From Octopus vulgaris (lineage: Eukaryota): a stretch of 64,000 bases of DNA. The notes under the pieces were generated by a model. That model saw nothing but the letters and a program-made list of their open reading frames with translations. It did not search any database and was not told the origin of the DNA. The position numbers and the translations under genes were made by a program. Where the stretch lies: assembly GCA_951406725.2 (NCBI GenBank), contig OX597815.1:115134001-115198000 (forward strand), read 5' to 3'. This document shows positions 25,210-37,487 of this stretch, piece after piece; position 1 is the stretch's first letter, and the number at the start of each line of letters is the position of its first letter.

Positions 25210-25629
25210 GAAAAAATTATAATGGGAGGAGATACTCCACAGATATTATAAACCTTAAATTCCTCAGAACATATGAAACAAAGACCAACTAAAAGTTTGG
25301 AAACAAGCATGAACATTTAAGACAAACTTATGAAAATGGTTTGGATCACCAAAGGGCTAACATCCCTTAAAATGTACCTAGTGCTAGTATTCATATACTA
25401 AAATGTCTTCTGTGTTACATCACTATTTGTATTTCATGTTGCAGACATTGTTGGAAACTATGCTCCCCACTCAATCATTTTCTTATAAATATATAATATG
25501 TAACTGCCTTTGAACATGGTATCAAAATTTTTTACTCTCTGCAGTAAAGCCAAATTGATTTCCACTTCAGTTAGAAAATTCACCTAATTCAATAAAAATG
25601 AGAGCTGATAATTTGAAGATTTACAGCTA

Positions 25630-26020
25630 CCTGCTTATTAACTACATGGTTCCAGGTTCAGTCCCACTGCGTGGCACATTGGGCAAATGTCTTCTACTAT
25701 AACCTCATGCCGACCAAAGCCTTGTGAGTAGATTTGGTAGACGGAAACTGAAAGAAGCCCATCATATATATGTATATATATATATATGTGTATGTATGTG
25801 TGTGTGTATATGTTTGTGTGTCTGTATTTGTCCCCCCAACATCACTTGACAACCGATGCTGGTGTGTTTATGTCCCCGTAACTTAGCGGTTCGGCAAAAG
25901 CAAAAGACCAATTGAATAAGTACTAGACTTACAAAGAATAAGTCCTGGGGTCGATTTATTCAACTAAAGGCGGTGCTCCAGCATGGCCACAGTCAAATGA
26001 CTGAAACAAGTAAAAGAGAG
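25630..26020 (+). mobile_element. tRNA-derived SINE, relatively young
   Basis: Near-complete head, body and tail with a central TA/TG tract; tail gactgaaacaagtaaaagagag. Confidence 0.9.
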
Positions 26021-26122
26021 AGTACTACCTGGGTAAACTAGATCACTTGAAATTAAAACTCATCACAGTGCCACTGAGTATTAAGTTTTGCTGCACAGAA
26101 GAAAATGTTGAAATTATAATGG

Positions 26123-26260
26123 GCGTTAGGAAGGGCATCCAGCTGTAGAAACACTGCCAGATCTGACTGGCCTGGTGCAGCCTTCGGGCTCCCCAGACCC
26201 CAGTTGAACCGTCCAACCCATGTTAGCATGGAAAGCGGACGTTAAATGATGATGATGATG
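26123..26260 (+). mobile_element. RTE LINE 3' tail ending in (GAT)5
   Basis: gcgttaggaagggcatccagctgtagaaac...gcggacgttaaatgatgatgatgatg. Confidence 0.9.
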
Positions 26261-27145
26261 AACCTTTTCTATAATTGATTTGATAATACTTGAAAAGCAT
26301 GTAAAGATACAGTTGGCAGGGAACAGACTAAAGTTTATATATCTAATATTGTTCACCAAAATAGAACGAGATCATTAACACAAATTACACCAACAATATT
26401 TTGGTATTATTGTTTCACTATTTCCAGAAGAGTTGAGAGAGAGAGAATACCAGAACTGATCTACATATTTAGCAATGAGTCACAATTTATTATGAGAACC
26501 CTTCACAGGTATTCTTAATAAATATACTATTTCCAGTGCTAATCACATGATCTAAAATGAAATAAAGACATAACTTCTTAGATCCAAAGATGTTGACTGA
26601 ATTTATAATGAACACTATAAGAAAATGTCAAATCAAAAGGATAAAGCAGAACAATAGTTATAAAAGAGATTTCAACTTTGATATTTTAATAAATTATTTA
26701 GTGAAAACAAACTGTAGGCTCTGTCAGTTACTATACATGTGAATGGGACAAGATTTTATGTATATAGTATGATAGAAATGAATTTAAAGAATGTCTATAA
26801 AGATTTTCACAACCTGAAACATATTAAAACTGGAAGAAGTTAAGGCTAGTTTTGAAGGTCATTTTTATAACCTATTTGTTCACCAAATTACTATTTTGGT
26901 AATATCTTTGTGTAGCTAAAGAATAGCTATTAAACCATTTGTTTATAAAAAGCAAACTCGCTTTAGGTAGATTTATTGTAACCAGACACAAAGTGTCTGC
27001 CAGTGCAAGACTGATTTTGACTATCAGTCACAGCTGACTAAAATGATTTTTAAGTAAATAATCTGTAATGTTTCAACTTCATGTCATATACTACCTTAAA
27101 AATAAACAAAAAAAAAACAAAAAACATTTAGTCTATAGCTCATAG

Positions 27146-27720
27146 GGGCAGGCATAGTTGAGTGGTTAGGAAGCTCATTCTGCAACCATCTGGTTATGTC
27201 TTCAGTCCCAGAGCACAACACTTAGGGGGTTTTCTACTAGATCCACTGGCAGACCAATGCCTTGTAAGTGAATTTGGTAAATGAAAACTGTTTGGAAGCC
27301 TGTTATACATACACACAAGTACACACAGACATGTATATAATACATATACACACATGTGAATATCTAGGTGGTGTGTCTCTTTGGGTCTGTGTTTGTCAAT
27401 GTCCCTTCAACTGAGCAGTTTGCCTAAAAGACTGATAGAATACACTGAAAAACATACTGGGGTTGAATAGTTCAACTAGAAATCCTTTGAGGCAGTGCTT
27501 CAACATGTCTACAATCCAATGACTGAAACAAGTAAAAGAGAAAAGATATTACAATGTAGCTATGTTATTAAGAAGCTTGTTTTGCAACTGCATAGTTTTT
27601 GGTTTGATTCCATTGCACAATGTCTTAAGCATGCCTTCTACTATAGCTTTGAACTGAACAATGCCCTCTGAGGAGAATTTGGAAGACGGAAACTATGAAA
27701 GGCTGACATATACATATAAA
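27146..27720 (+). mobile_element. Two tandem decayed tRNA-derived SINEs
   Basis: Full copy 27146-27548 (ggggcaggcatagttgagtggttagg...gactgaaacaagtaaaagag) followed by a second head and body at 27555-27720. Confidence 0.7.
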
Positions 27721-27964
27721 TACACACATACACACACACATCTTTTGCTATTATATACCAGCAAGAAAACTGATGCTTTTAAATATAAACAGTCCAAGTG
27801 GTATTTGTTTCTCCCAAGTTGCTTAAACAAACTCTTGTTGCCATTGTCATCAGAAATGCAATGAAGCCAGTGAATGGCCAGTTGGAAACCTGTAGCCAAC
27901 AATGCTATTTACTCAGCAAAATGTGACATAAAAATAAAAGAAAAACTTTTAGCAGCAACTTCAC

Positions 27965-29010
27965 CAACATCATTTAATGTCTATTGTCCATGTTGGTATG
28001 GGTTGGACAGTTTGACCAAGGTTGGCTGCACCAGACTCCATGATTTCTACTGCTGGATGCTTTTATGTACCAGTTGCATGACACCATCTGTCTTGACTAC
28101 AATTTTATTTGGCTTGATGGGTCTTCTGCTCAAGCGCAGCATATTGCCAAAGGTCTCAGCCATTTGTCATTGCCTCTGTGAAGCCCAAAGCTTGAAAAGT
28201 GCTTTTTATGTGCCACTAACATGGGTGCCAGTTATACAACACCAACATTGGCTACATTACTTCCATAAGGCCCAATGTGCGAAAGGTGCTTTTTATGTAC
28301 CAGTTACATGACACTGGCATCATCCATGACAATTTCACTTCACTTGACAGGTCTTTTCAAGCATGGCATATTGCCAAAGGTCTCGGTCACTTGACATTGC
28401 CTCCATGAAACCAAACGTTTGAAGATCATGCTTCACCACCTCATCCCATGTCATCCTGGGTCTACCTCTTCTACAGGTTCCCTTCACAATTAGAGATCGG
28501 CACTTCTTTACACAGCTGTCCTCATTCATACACATCACATAAACATACTAGCACAGTCCTCTCTCTTGTACATCTCTTTGATACCTCTTATGGTCAACTT
28601 TTTTTCTCAAGACACATTCTGTCGTACATGCACACTGACATTGCACATCCAGTGAAGCATGCTAGCTTCATTTCTTTCAAACATATTGCATATCCTTGGT
28701 GGTCACAGTCGATGTTTTAATGCCATGTAGCATAGCTGTTTACACACAAGTATCATACAGTATACCTTTCACTCTGAGGGAGAGGCCCTTAGTTGCCAAC
28801 TGAGGTAGATCTCTAAACTTTGCCCAGCCTATTCTTATTGTTGCAGCTATGCTATTGGAGCATTCACCTCTGCTACTAACTTGGTCACCTAGATAATGGA
28901 ATCTATCAACTACCTCTAGCATACCCCGCTGGCATTCAATGTAGTCTATTTTTATGTACATTTTTGGTGTTTATTCCACATACAAAAACTGTTTTCCCAC
29001 TTAACAGCCC
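27965..29010 (-). mobile_element. 5'-truncated RTE-clade LINE (RT C-terminal part and 3' UTR), inactivated
   Basis: Minus-strand fragments LEVVDRFHYLGDQVSS...IRIGWAKFR and EDSCVKKC...GTCRRGRPRMTWDEVVKHDL...DRDLW, homologous to the 43 kb and 59 kb copies. Confidence 0.92.
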
Positions 29011-30084
29011 TTATTTCTTTAATATTTTTCAGTTAGGTGAAATGAGCCATATTTAATGTAGAATTTTTTTTTTTCATCATTCAGAAATGGTATTAGTGTA
29101 AGTGATTGAAAGAGAAATAGAAAGTGAACCTAAGTCATCCATTCAGTTCAGAAATAGTTACTCTCTTTATAATACTTGTAATATTTCATATTGAACGTAT
29201 CAATTGGCATACTCACTGTAGTTAAATAATTCTTTTGAAAATATGAAAAAATTCCGAACAATCTTTCCGTACCTGTTGGTGTCAAATCACACCCACAATG
29301 TAAGTCAATAACAACATTTAGGTTTATACTTCTATGTATGGTATATTCACCTTTTGGTATAATGTGACATACAAAAATGGGTTTAGCCAGATTTGATAGT
29401 GAGAGATTAGGTCTAATTTACTTGTGAATGGCAGTTATATTCATGTATCATGTTCTCAACATTTAAGAAGAAATATATACATGTAGTATGGCTGAATGGT
29501 TAAGTTTGCTTAACAACAATGAGGCCTCCAGTTCAATTCCACTGTATGACAAATTGATTTAATGTCATTTTTTTATATGACTTCAGCCTGTTCCTTGTGA
29601 ATGAAAGCAGTTGGAAAAGTCCTTTGGATGAATTATATACGTAATTCAAAAGATACAGTCTTGTCACACATTGTGTTATGCTGATTCTGTCTGAGATGTG
29701 GTAAAGGCCATCTGTGTCTGTGGAATGTTCAGATATTTAACATTAATTCAAGAGCAGGTATTTCAGTCGATTGAACAACTAAATCTTCATTGTACAATGA
29801 TGGAGGTCCCTGCCACATCTAAGCAATAGCATTTAGGTTTTAATTCCAAGTGTTGGTAAATATGCTAATTTTTTTTTACTTGTTCCATTTAACAAGAAAT
29901 GTATATTGATTAGTTTGCAATTTAAAGCCGTTCAAACGGTACTTGGCTTCAAATAGACCTATCTTGAGTAACAATAAAGCTGTAGTAGAAAAGATATAGA
30001 CAAGCCAATATCTGCTTATGAAGTCTGGAAAATTTTTGCTTAGTCCTTTAGCAAACAAATTGCTCTGTCAATTACAATGCTTAT

Positions 30085-30457
30085 TTATTACTTCCACCTT
30101 AGCGAAGGCAGAGGTATTGTTTTCAGTTGCATTTGTTTGTTTGTTTGTCCGTGGACAAGATATTCTTAAGAACTGCCGGATGGATTCTGATGAAACTTTC
30201 AGGGAGGTTTGGCCTCATGACTGGCATGAACTGATTAGATTTTGGGATTGATCTGGTACTGGACAAGGATTCTGGATTATTTTTCCAGTTATTTTACTTA
30301 ATTTTTGAGCGGTCAGGTTCATTTTTAATATTCTCGTTTGTGAGAGCAGTCGAGTTTATTTCAGATACCCCCATTTTAAAAAAACATCTCCAGCTAATCA
30401 CTGAGAGGACATTGGTGTTACCTTGGCAGAGGTTTGTGCTTTCTGAGTGCTCTTGTT
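30085..30457 (+). mobile_element. Helentron-associated non-autonomous element (HINE/DINE-1-like)
   Basis: 5' acttccacc with nearby inverted ggcagaggt, (GTTT)n core, a second ggcagaggt near the 3' end followed by a small stem-loop and tcttgtt; T-rich boundaries and no TSD. Confidence 0.65.
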
Positions 30458-31194
30458 CACATTGTTTTGAAGTAATTATGGCTCAACATTGTGCTGTAAG
30501 TGTGAGAGATCAGATCTGGCCCATTTGAATATAAAAGAGGTAGAATGTTTGGGCCTGATATCACTGGTTTAAATGCTAAAGGCTTAGATAAGCTATCACC
30601 TGAAATAATACCAGATATAAGCTACCATTTTAAGCAATATCTGTCATCAGAATCAAAGGACTGCAGATCATATTGGAAGGACCTAAATTGGAAATTTTTT
30701 GGAAACTTATGATTTCCTAGTGAGTGTTTAATGTTGTTAGGGTTGCCCAACCAACCTTTGGCAAATTTTGAGACACTAGTTTTCTTCTAGCTATATGCAA
30801 ATTGGTAATCTGATATTTGTTTCTTCACTAACACTATATCTCATTCACGTCAATCTATAGATATATTGTTATTGTTTACTTACATTTTGTTCCGGCTGAG
30901 CTGATATATAGCACAGAATATAATCAATAGAGAGATGACTCAACATGCCAAATATGTATTTAAAATTTTGACTACACCCTCTTGCATGTTTATTTCCAAC
31001 AACAAATGTCACTACTCTAGAGTGATAAAGATTTAAGATAAATCAAAGGTTTTTACATTCAGAATAAAGTATTGGATATCTGGAAAACTCAAGTACTTTC
31101 TTGTATAATATGTTTTAATTATAATATACATATGACGAAGTTTAAACTGAGGGCTTATCAAAATGAATAAAGTATTCTACATAGTGGCTTTAAA

Positions 31195-31365
31195 TTTTAG
31201 CACAAGGCCAGTAATTTCAGAGGGGTACATCAATTACATCGATCCCAGTGTTTAAATGGTACTTTAATTGACCTCAAAAGGATGAAAGGGCAAAGTTGAC
31301 CCTGGCAGTATTTGAACCCAGAGCATAAAGACAGATGAACTGTCACTAAGCATTTCACCTCACTG
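31195..31365 (-). mobile_element. SINE of the 39137-39350 family
   Basis: cacaaggccagtaatt...aaaggatgaaagggcaaagttgaccctggcagtatttgaacccagagc. Confidence 0.75.
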
Positions 31366-31796
31366 CTGTAAAGTATTCTATGTATTACCATGTAAAAACA
31401 TAGTTTGTTGTAAATACATTGTGAGGGACAACATTACCTGACATTTCCTTGCAAGGTAATTGTAACAAAGTGAGCCAACATATTGGTAAATTCATAAATT
31501 TAAACAATGTTCACAGATTTATATACTGAGTGGATAAAATGCATTATAATGAATGCATTGATGATGTATTAGCTTGTGAGATAATTACCTGATGATGAAA
31601 TGACAGGCAATGTAATTACAAGCAATGAATTTATCAGACACCAAAACAAATATCTTTCATCACAATGTCACCAAAAAAACATTTCTCTTAATTTTAAAGC
31701 AAAATTGACTACTGATAACCCAATTAGTTTATAATAACAAAATTTTATTACCTTAAATGATATGATCAGTTTAATATCCCCTTTCTCTCCCTCTCT

Positions 31797-31830
<34 letters not shown>

Positions 31831-32130
31831 AAGGCACATGGCTCAGTATTTAGAGTGTCAAGCTACGATCATGAGGTTGTGAGTTCGATTCCTGTAGAAA
31901 TGAGTTGCGATATCACTGGTGCCAAGCTGTATTGGCCTTTACCTTTCTCTAGGATAACATCAGTGGCATGGAGAGGGGAGGCTGGTATGCATGGGTGACT
32001 GCTGGTCTTCTATAAAAACAACCCTAGGTTGTGCGCTCGCTGGTAAGGCAACTTTTGCCCAGACTTGTACCCCAGAGGGGAACCTCTTAGATGCACCCAT
32101 GGTCATTCGTGACCAACAGAGTCGAGTTTT
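31831..32130 (+). mobile_element. tRNA-headed SINE with a distinct body
   Basis: A-box-like tggctcagtattt and B-box-like gagttcgattcc (31881-31892), followed by a GC-richer body and an ATGT-type tail. Confidence 0.65.
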
Positions 32131-34157
32131 TATATGTATGAATGTACGTACGTATGTATGTATGTATGTATACATACATCTATTACAACTAAGTATAACT
32201 TTCAAGTGCTATTTTATCTGTGAGGACGGATTTATTGAATTCTTCCATCTAGAATCATATAGGTGTAGCTCTACTCTATTAATTCTCCACTACCAATTCA
32301 TACTGTCCATTTGTAATATGGGCTATTCTACATCATTGTTTTATTGCTCAATTTACCATGCTTGCAAGGGTAACACAATTTGTTGAGGTAGGTTTGCTAC
32401 AGCTGGGTGCCTTTCCTCTTACCAAGTTCACATGTTTCCAAACATGATTTTTCTCCTTGGTTGGACAGGTTTTCATGGAAAGTGGGAAATGAATGGAATT
32501 GCTTGTATGACTAATGCTCACTTACATCTAACATGAGAAGTCACAAGGATACACACACACACACATAGGTTTCTTTCCATGTCTGCCTACAAAATCCACT
32601 CAAGGCTGTAATTGGCTGGTGACTATAGCAGAAAACACTTGGCTAAAGAGCCATGCAGAGGCACAGAACTTGAAACCATGTAGTAGGGAAGCACCCATTG
32701 TATTATCATCAAACCTGAATTTAAATATAAATTCTACTTACCATTTTTCAACATCTTTTAAATAAACACGTGCAATATAGTAAAAATGAAAATAAACACA
32801 CAAAAAATATGTATTTAACCAAAATAACCGTTTTGATACCAACCTGCCTGAGACTATCACTGGCTTTATGACAGAAAAATTTTAATTTTAAAGTGTTCAT
32901 ATCTAAATTAGAACATTCCATCAGAGTATGTAAGAGCATTTTGTTAAGTTATGTTCCATCTTAATGGAAATCATTATTTTACTAAATCTCCCAATAATTC
33001 TTGGGGATTTTCAAAAAGAAGTAAAGTACATGGATTGTATTTGCTAATAGGATATAATGAAAAGATTTAAAAGTATTTTGGATAACAAAAGCAATGAAGG
33101 CAACATTTTAATATTAATCTAGTGTTAAATTCTATTATTTAAGGAATAAGTGGTATTATGTACAATTTCCTCAATTTACTTCCATTGGAGATCTTTTATC
33201 TACCTTGTATCATCCATTTGTATTAATTGTTCACAATTAGTGCCTTTGAAATTTAACCCAACTTAATTCAAAGTCATATTCTCTAATAAATATTAATTTT
33301 CATATTTTGCAAATTACTGATTGTCCATTTTACAGCATTTCTATTATATAACAGGTATTTATTGATTGTTCAAGGAATGGCAAAAAAAAAAAATAATAAA
33401 TAAACACCAGGTTTGATTTGAACCCTGGAATGTAGAGTGATAAAACTATTTAATCCTGTCCTTGACCATTTCCGTCAAGTCATCAACCTTAAACCTAATA
33501 TAAATGTGAATAAGCCTACAAATGTAAATGAGCCTACCTAATTGTGGAAATATTTTTTTGTTTTAATGTTTTACATTGCTATGTTGTTTTTATTCAGACC
33601 ACAACCTTCCCTTTAAAGGAGTATCTTAATCAAGTATATATAAATTAATATATTTGACTAACCTAATTCAAACAGCTAAAGGTGTGGCTAAAACTTTAAC
33701 CATACATTCAACAGTGACACTCCAAGAACAAATAAATCAGTCAACTTCCTTGGTGCCAATGTACAAATGAAAGTCCAAAATTGCCTCATGGTGTGAATTT
33801 ATGACTGGAAGGAATGTGAAAATTTCTGTTCTGGAATGTATTGTTTAAAAACTGGTTAAGCTTGTTTTAAAATATTTCAATCCAGAAACATCACAGTTAC
33901 TTTGACAAAAGTGCCTGAAGTGAAATTTTACTGCAATATTTTTATGTCTTGGTACAAATATAGCTACATTCAACATTCAAAACTATATTGCACAAACTAC
34001 ATATATTGGCTACACTATAAACTTTATTGTATGACTACTAGCAAAGAATGTAGAAAAAAAAAAAGCATTAAGAGATGAGATGAAATATAGAAAATAGAAG
34101 ATATTTGAAGGCAAATAAATTACAGGATATTTCCAGCAATGGAAAAAAAAAAAAACC

Positions 34158-34560
34158 CATTCAGATCAGTAGCAATTTGGAATGATTTCTTTAATTCGTA
34201 TATTATTAAAACAATTATTCTTTTCAATAACATACCTATTCATTCCTAATGTTTTGGCAGAGTCAGGTGTGAATATCTGATTGCTGTGGTTTTTCATGAC
34301 TGGAGAACACTTCCTTTTAGATGATGTGTGTGTTATGAATGAATATAATATAAAAAGAGGTGTTCTCGGGTGATGAAAAACAACAGTGATCAGATATATT
34401 TGAATATGCCAAAATGAATTATGAATTAATATAATATAAAGAAAGAAGGTATTCTCTGGTGATGAAAAACAACAGTAATCAGATATTCACATTTGAATCT
34501 GCCAAAATGAATTTAAAATGAATAGATACATTATTGTTTGGAATCTTACTGATCTGTATG
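34158..34560. mobile_element. Palindromic MITE-like element with a duplicated subterminal unit
   Basis: The left arm (cagatcagta...ttttggcagagtcaggtgtgaatatctgattgctgtggtttttcatgactggagaacac) is the reverse complement of the right arm 34445-34560; a second direct copy of the unit lies at 34355-34420. Confidence 0.7.
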
Positions 34561-34710
34561 CACCCCATAACTTTTTTGTTTTTCTCTAGTTGTAATTACT
34601 ATTGACCTCTCAAATATAAATTAGCAGTTGAGTATTATTTGCTAAATACATTCAAACAAATAGAGTTATGTACATTACCTATCACAACTTGCCTAGTTAT
34701 ATGTACTAAC

Positions 34711-34998
34711 GCTGGTGCCATGTAAAGTGTGCTCATGCTGGTGCCACATAAAGTGCACTCATGCTGGTGCCACATAAAGTGCACTCATGCTGGTGCTGCA
34801 TAAATGCACTCATGCTGGTGATGAGTAGCACATAAAAAGCACCCAGGACACACTATAAAATGGTTGGCGTTATGAAGGGTGTGGAGCCATAGAAACCATG
34901 CCAAAACAGTTAACTGGAGTTTGGACAGCTCTCCGGCAGGCCAACTCCTGTCAAATTGTCCAACCCATGCCTGCATGAAAAAAGGACATTAAATGAGG
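34711..34998 (+). mobile_element. RTE-type 3' tail preceded by a 26-bp tandem repeat (about 4 copies)
   Basis: gctggtgccacataaagtgcactcat repeated over 34711-34818, then tggttggcgttatgaagggtg...ccaacccatgcctgcatg. Confidence 0.8.
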
Positions 34999-35563
34999 AA
35001 GCTGATTTAAACTAGAAAAGTAAAGGCTTCTTAATAAGCATCATGCTTGCAAGACCTGTCTGAACTTTGGATCCTGTTATAGGAAGTCTTGAAAATGATG
35101 TTTTATCATTAATAAACAATGAATTTTGTTTTAAGAGTAGGATTGCTACACAAGCTCTAAACTAATGAAAGTCTGCCAATAATTCCATGTAAACATGCTA
35201 TAGAACATTAAAAAATTAAATTTCAATTAGTTGTTAATTAGATTCAGGTCAATTTGATCATGCAGGTCTATGGCCACGACTAGAATGGTTGGGTGTGAAT
35301 AAAATGAATTTGACTGCTCTTTCTAAAAACAATATAGAAGTTCCTGGTCCTTACCATTCTACAATTGTGTGTGTGTGTGCATGTGTGTGTGTGTATATGC
35401 ATGTATGTATACACAAATACATAATCCACTGCAAGATTAAACTTAGCAAAGTTGAACCTTACTACAAGCAGTCTCATAAATAAAACATTTAAATATTAAT
35501 ATGTTAAATTTTACTTTCCAAGTTTTACTCAAATTTTACTTAGGGCTTGTGTTTCAACTTAAA

Positions 35564-35680
35564 CTTAACTTAGGGCTTGTGTTTCAACTTAAACATTCTT
35601 TACATGCTGAAGAGTGTCATTTCCTTCATGATTGTGATCTTATCCACATATCAAACTTCGTAGTTGAATAAATATAACAA
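35564..35680 (+). repeat. 117-bp exact duplicate of 37371-37487
   Basis: cttaacttagggcttgtgtttcaac...gaataaatataacaa is identical in both places; a partial tandem copy lies at 35538-35563. Confidence 0.95.
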
Positions 35681-36059
35681 GTTTTATTCAGCTCGTATAA
35701 TCCATTTTCTTAAATTGTTTGCATTGAAGTAGCCATCTCTCGGTCAGAGATTTTGATGTTCGACTCAACTTCTGTAATACTGCACTGCCAAAGTACATGA
35801 GTGATTCAGTTATCTCCAAATATAGATCGTTTCAGAAGAGACCCTTATTCTCCTATATCAAGGTAAGTGGGGCATTATTAATTTGGTTATTTTCTTTTAG
35901 CCTCAACTTTTCACCATCATATCTCTAACAGTGTAATCATGCTTCTTGCACAAATTGTTTTCAAGATGCCCAGTCACTTTCTCAAGCTTTCTCTTAAGAT
36001 AATATTCACACCCAACAAATTATACAGATGATAAGCCAACAAAGAAGATTCTACACCAG

Positions 36060-36377
36060 CAGCCAGTGGTATGTAAAAAGCACCCTTTGAGCATTGAGTT
36101 TCACAGAGGCAACAACAAATGACCAAAGGCAATAAGCTGTGCTTGAGCAGAAGACCCAATCAAGCCATGGCAGATATTGGTGTCATGCAACTGGCATGCT
36201 GGTGGCACGCAAAAGCACCCATTGCACTCTTGGAGTAGGGTTAGGGTTAGAAAGGGCATCCAGCCAGAGAAACCATGCCAAATCAGACTGGAGTTTGGTG
36301 TAGCCCCTCAGCATACCAGCCCTGGTCAAGCTGTCCAACCCATGTTAGCATGAACAGTTGTTAAAAGACAATGATGA
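36060..36377 (+). mobile_element. RTE LINE 3' UTR/tail fragment
   Basis: aataagctgtgcttgagcagaagacc...gaaagggcatccagccagagaaaccatgccaaatcagactggag...acaatgatga. Confidence 0.8.
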
Positions 36378-36826
36378 ACAGGGCCTTAAATGTGGCTTCC
36401 TGGAACAAGCCAGAATTTTGCATTAAAAAAATGCTGATTATATAGTATTATATTACAAATGTTCTTAAATCGTAAGCTGTAAAAGCAAGATGGTTTTTTA
36501 AAATTTTATATTTTAATATTTATAATTACTTTTTAACACTGAAAATAATTAAATTTTTCAAGATATTTGAAAAACTTTTTATCAATGTAGCCTTATTAGA
36601 TAAAATGTGGTCTTCAAATATATAAAAAAAAAGGCTCCCACTCTTATTATATAAATTGTGGTCTTCAAATATTAAAAACAAGAAAAAAAAAGGTTTGCAG
36701 CTCCTGCTCAATAGTCACTGGACCGGTCAGAAACAGCAGTCAAATCTACCTCAGATCATGCCCTTCCATTTTAAATGAAGAGGATAATGCAAAAATGTAG
36801 TATGGTTATAACTGGAATACCTTTAA

Positions 36827-37038
36827 CCCTTTCGTTACTATATTTCTGTTGAAGTACACTTCCTTTATTTCAATTAATTTAGAAAATAATGGAGTAAAAA
36901 TGTTTTACCATTAAGCTGCTGTCTGGGGCAGAAATTAACATGAAATTTTAAAGGAAGATTTAAATTTAGATCACTTTAAGATAGAAAGTTTGTATCATAT
37001 AACCAAGGGTAGCTTCAGGCAATTTAGTATCAAAAGGA
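36827..37038 (+). mobile_element. piggyBac-type MITE, right end decayed
   Basis: TTAA|CCCTTTCGTTAC left end; body colinear with 53014-53227. Confidence 0.7.
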
Positions 37039-37370
37039 TTATTCATAAACCTGCTCTGGCAAATGATTATATGCAAATGTGTCGCAATACAGCATTGCAC
37101 TTCCTACACAATATAATCAGACTTTTTATGAGTAGAGATATACACCATATTTTTTTTTGTCATTGTTAGATAGCATGTTTACAAAATTTTTCTTTCTTTA
37201 GGCATAAACACTTTGCTATAACCAACTCTACATGAAATCCATTATGTGACAGACTACTTCCAGTCAATAATCCATGTAGTGCATGGCCTTCACTTTGCAG
37301 CTACTTAATTCCCTGGCAATTAATACACTTCATATTATACTACATCTGTGTATTCATTATTTGTACAGGC

Positions 37371-37487
37371 CTTAACTTAGGGCTTGTGTTTCAACTTAAA
37401 CATTCTTTACATGCTGAAGAGTGTCATTTCCTTCATGATTGTGATCTTATCCACATATCAAACTTCGTAGTTGAATAAATATAACAA
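37371..37487 (+). repeat. 117-bp exact duplicate of 35564-35680
   Basis: Identical sequence read directly. Confidence 0.95.

Noticed and set aside
34711-34818. CRISPR-like array
   Set aside because: Head-to-tail units with no unique spacers, part of an RTE tail, in eukaryotic DNA.
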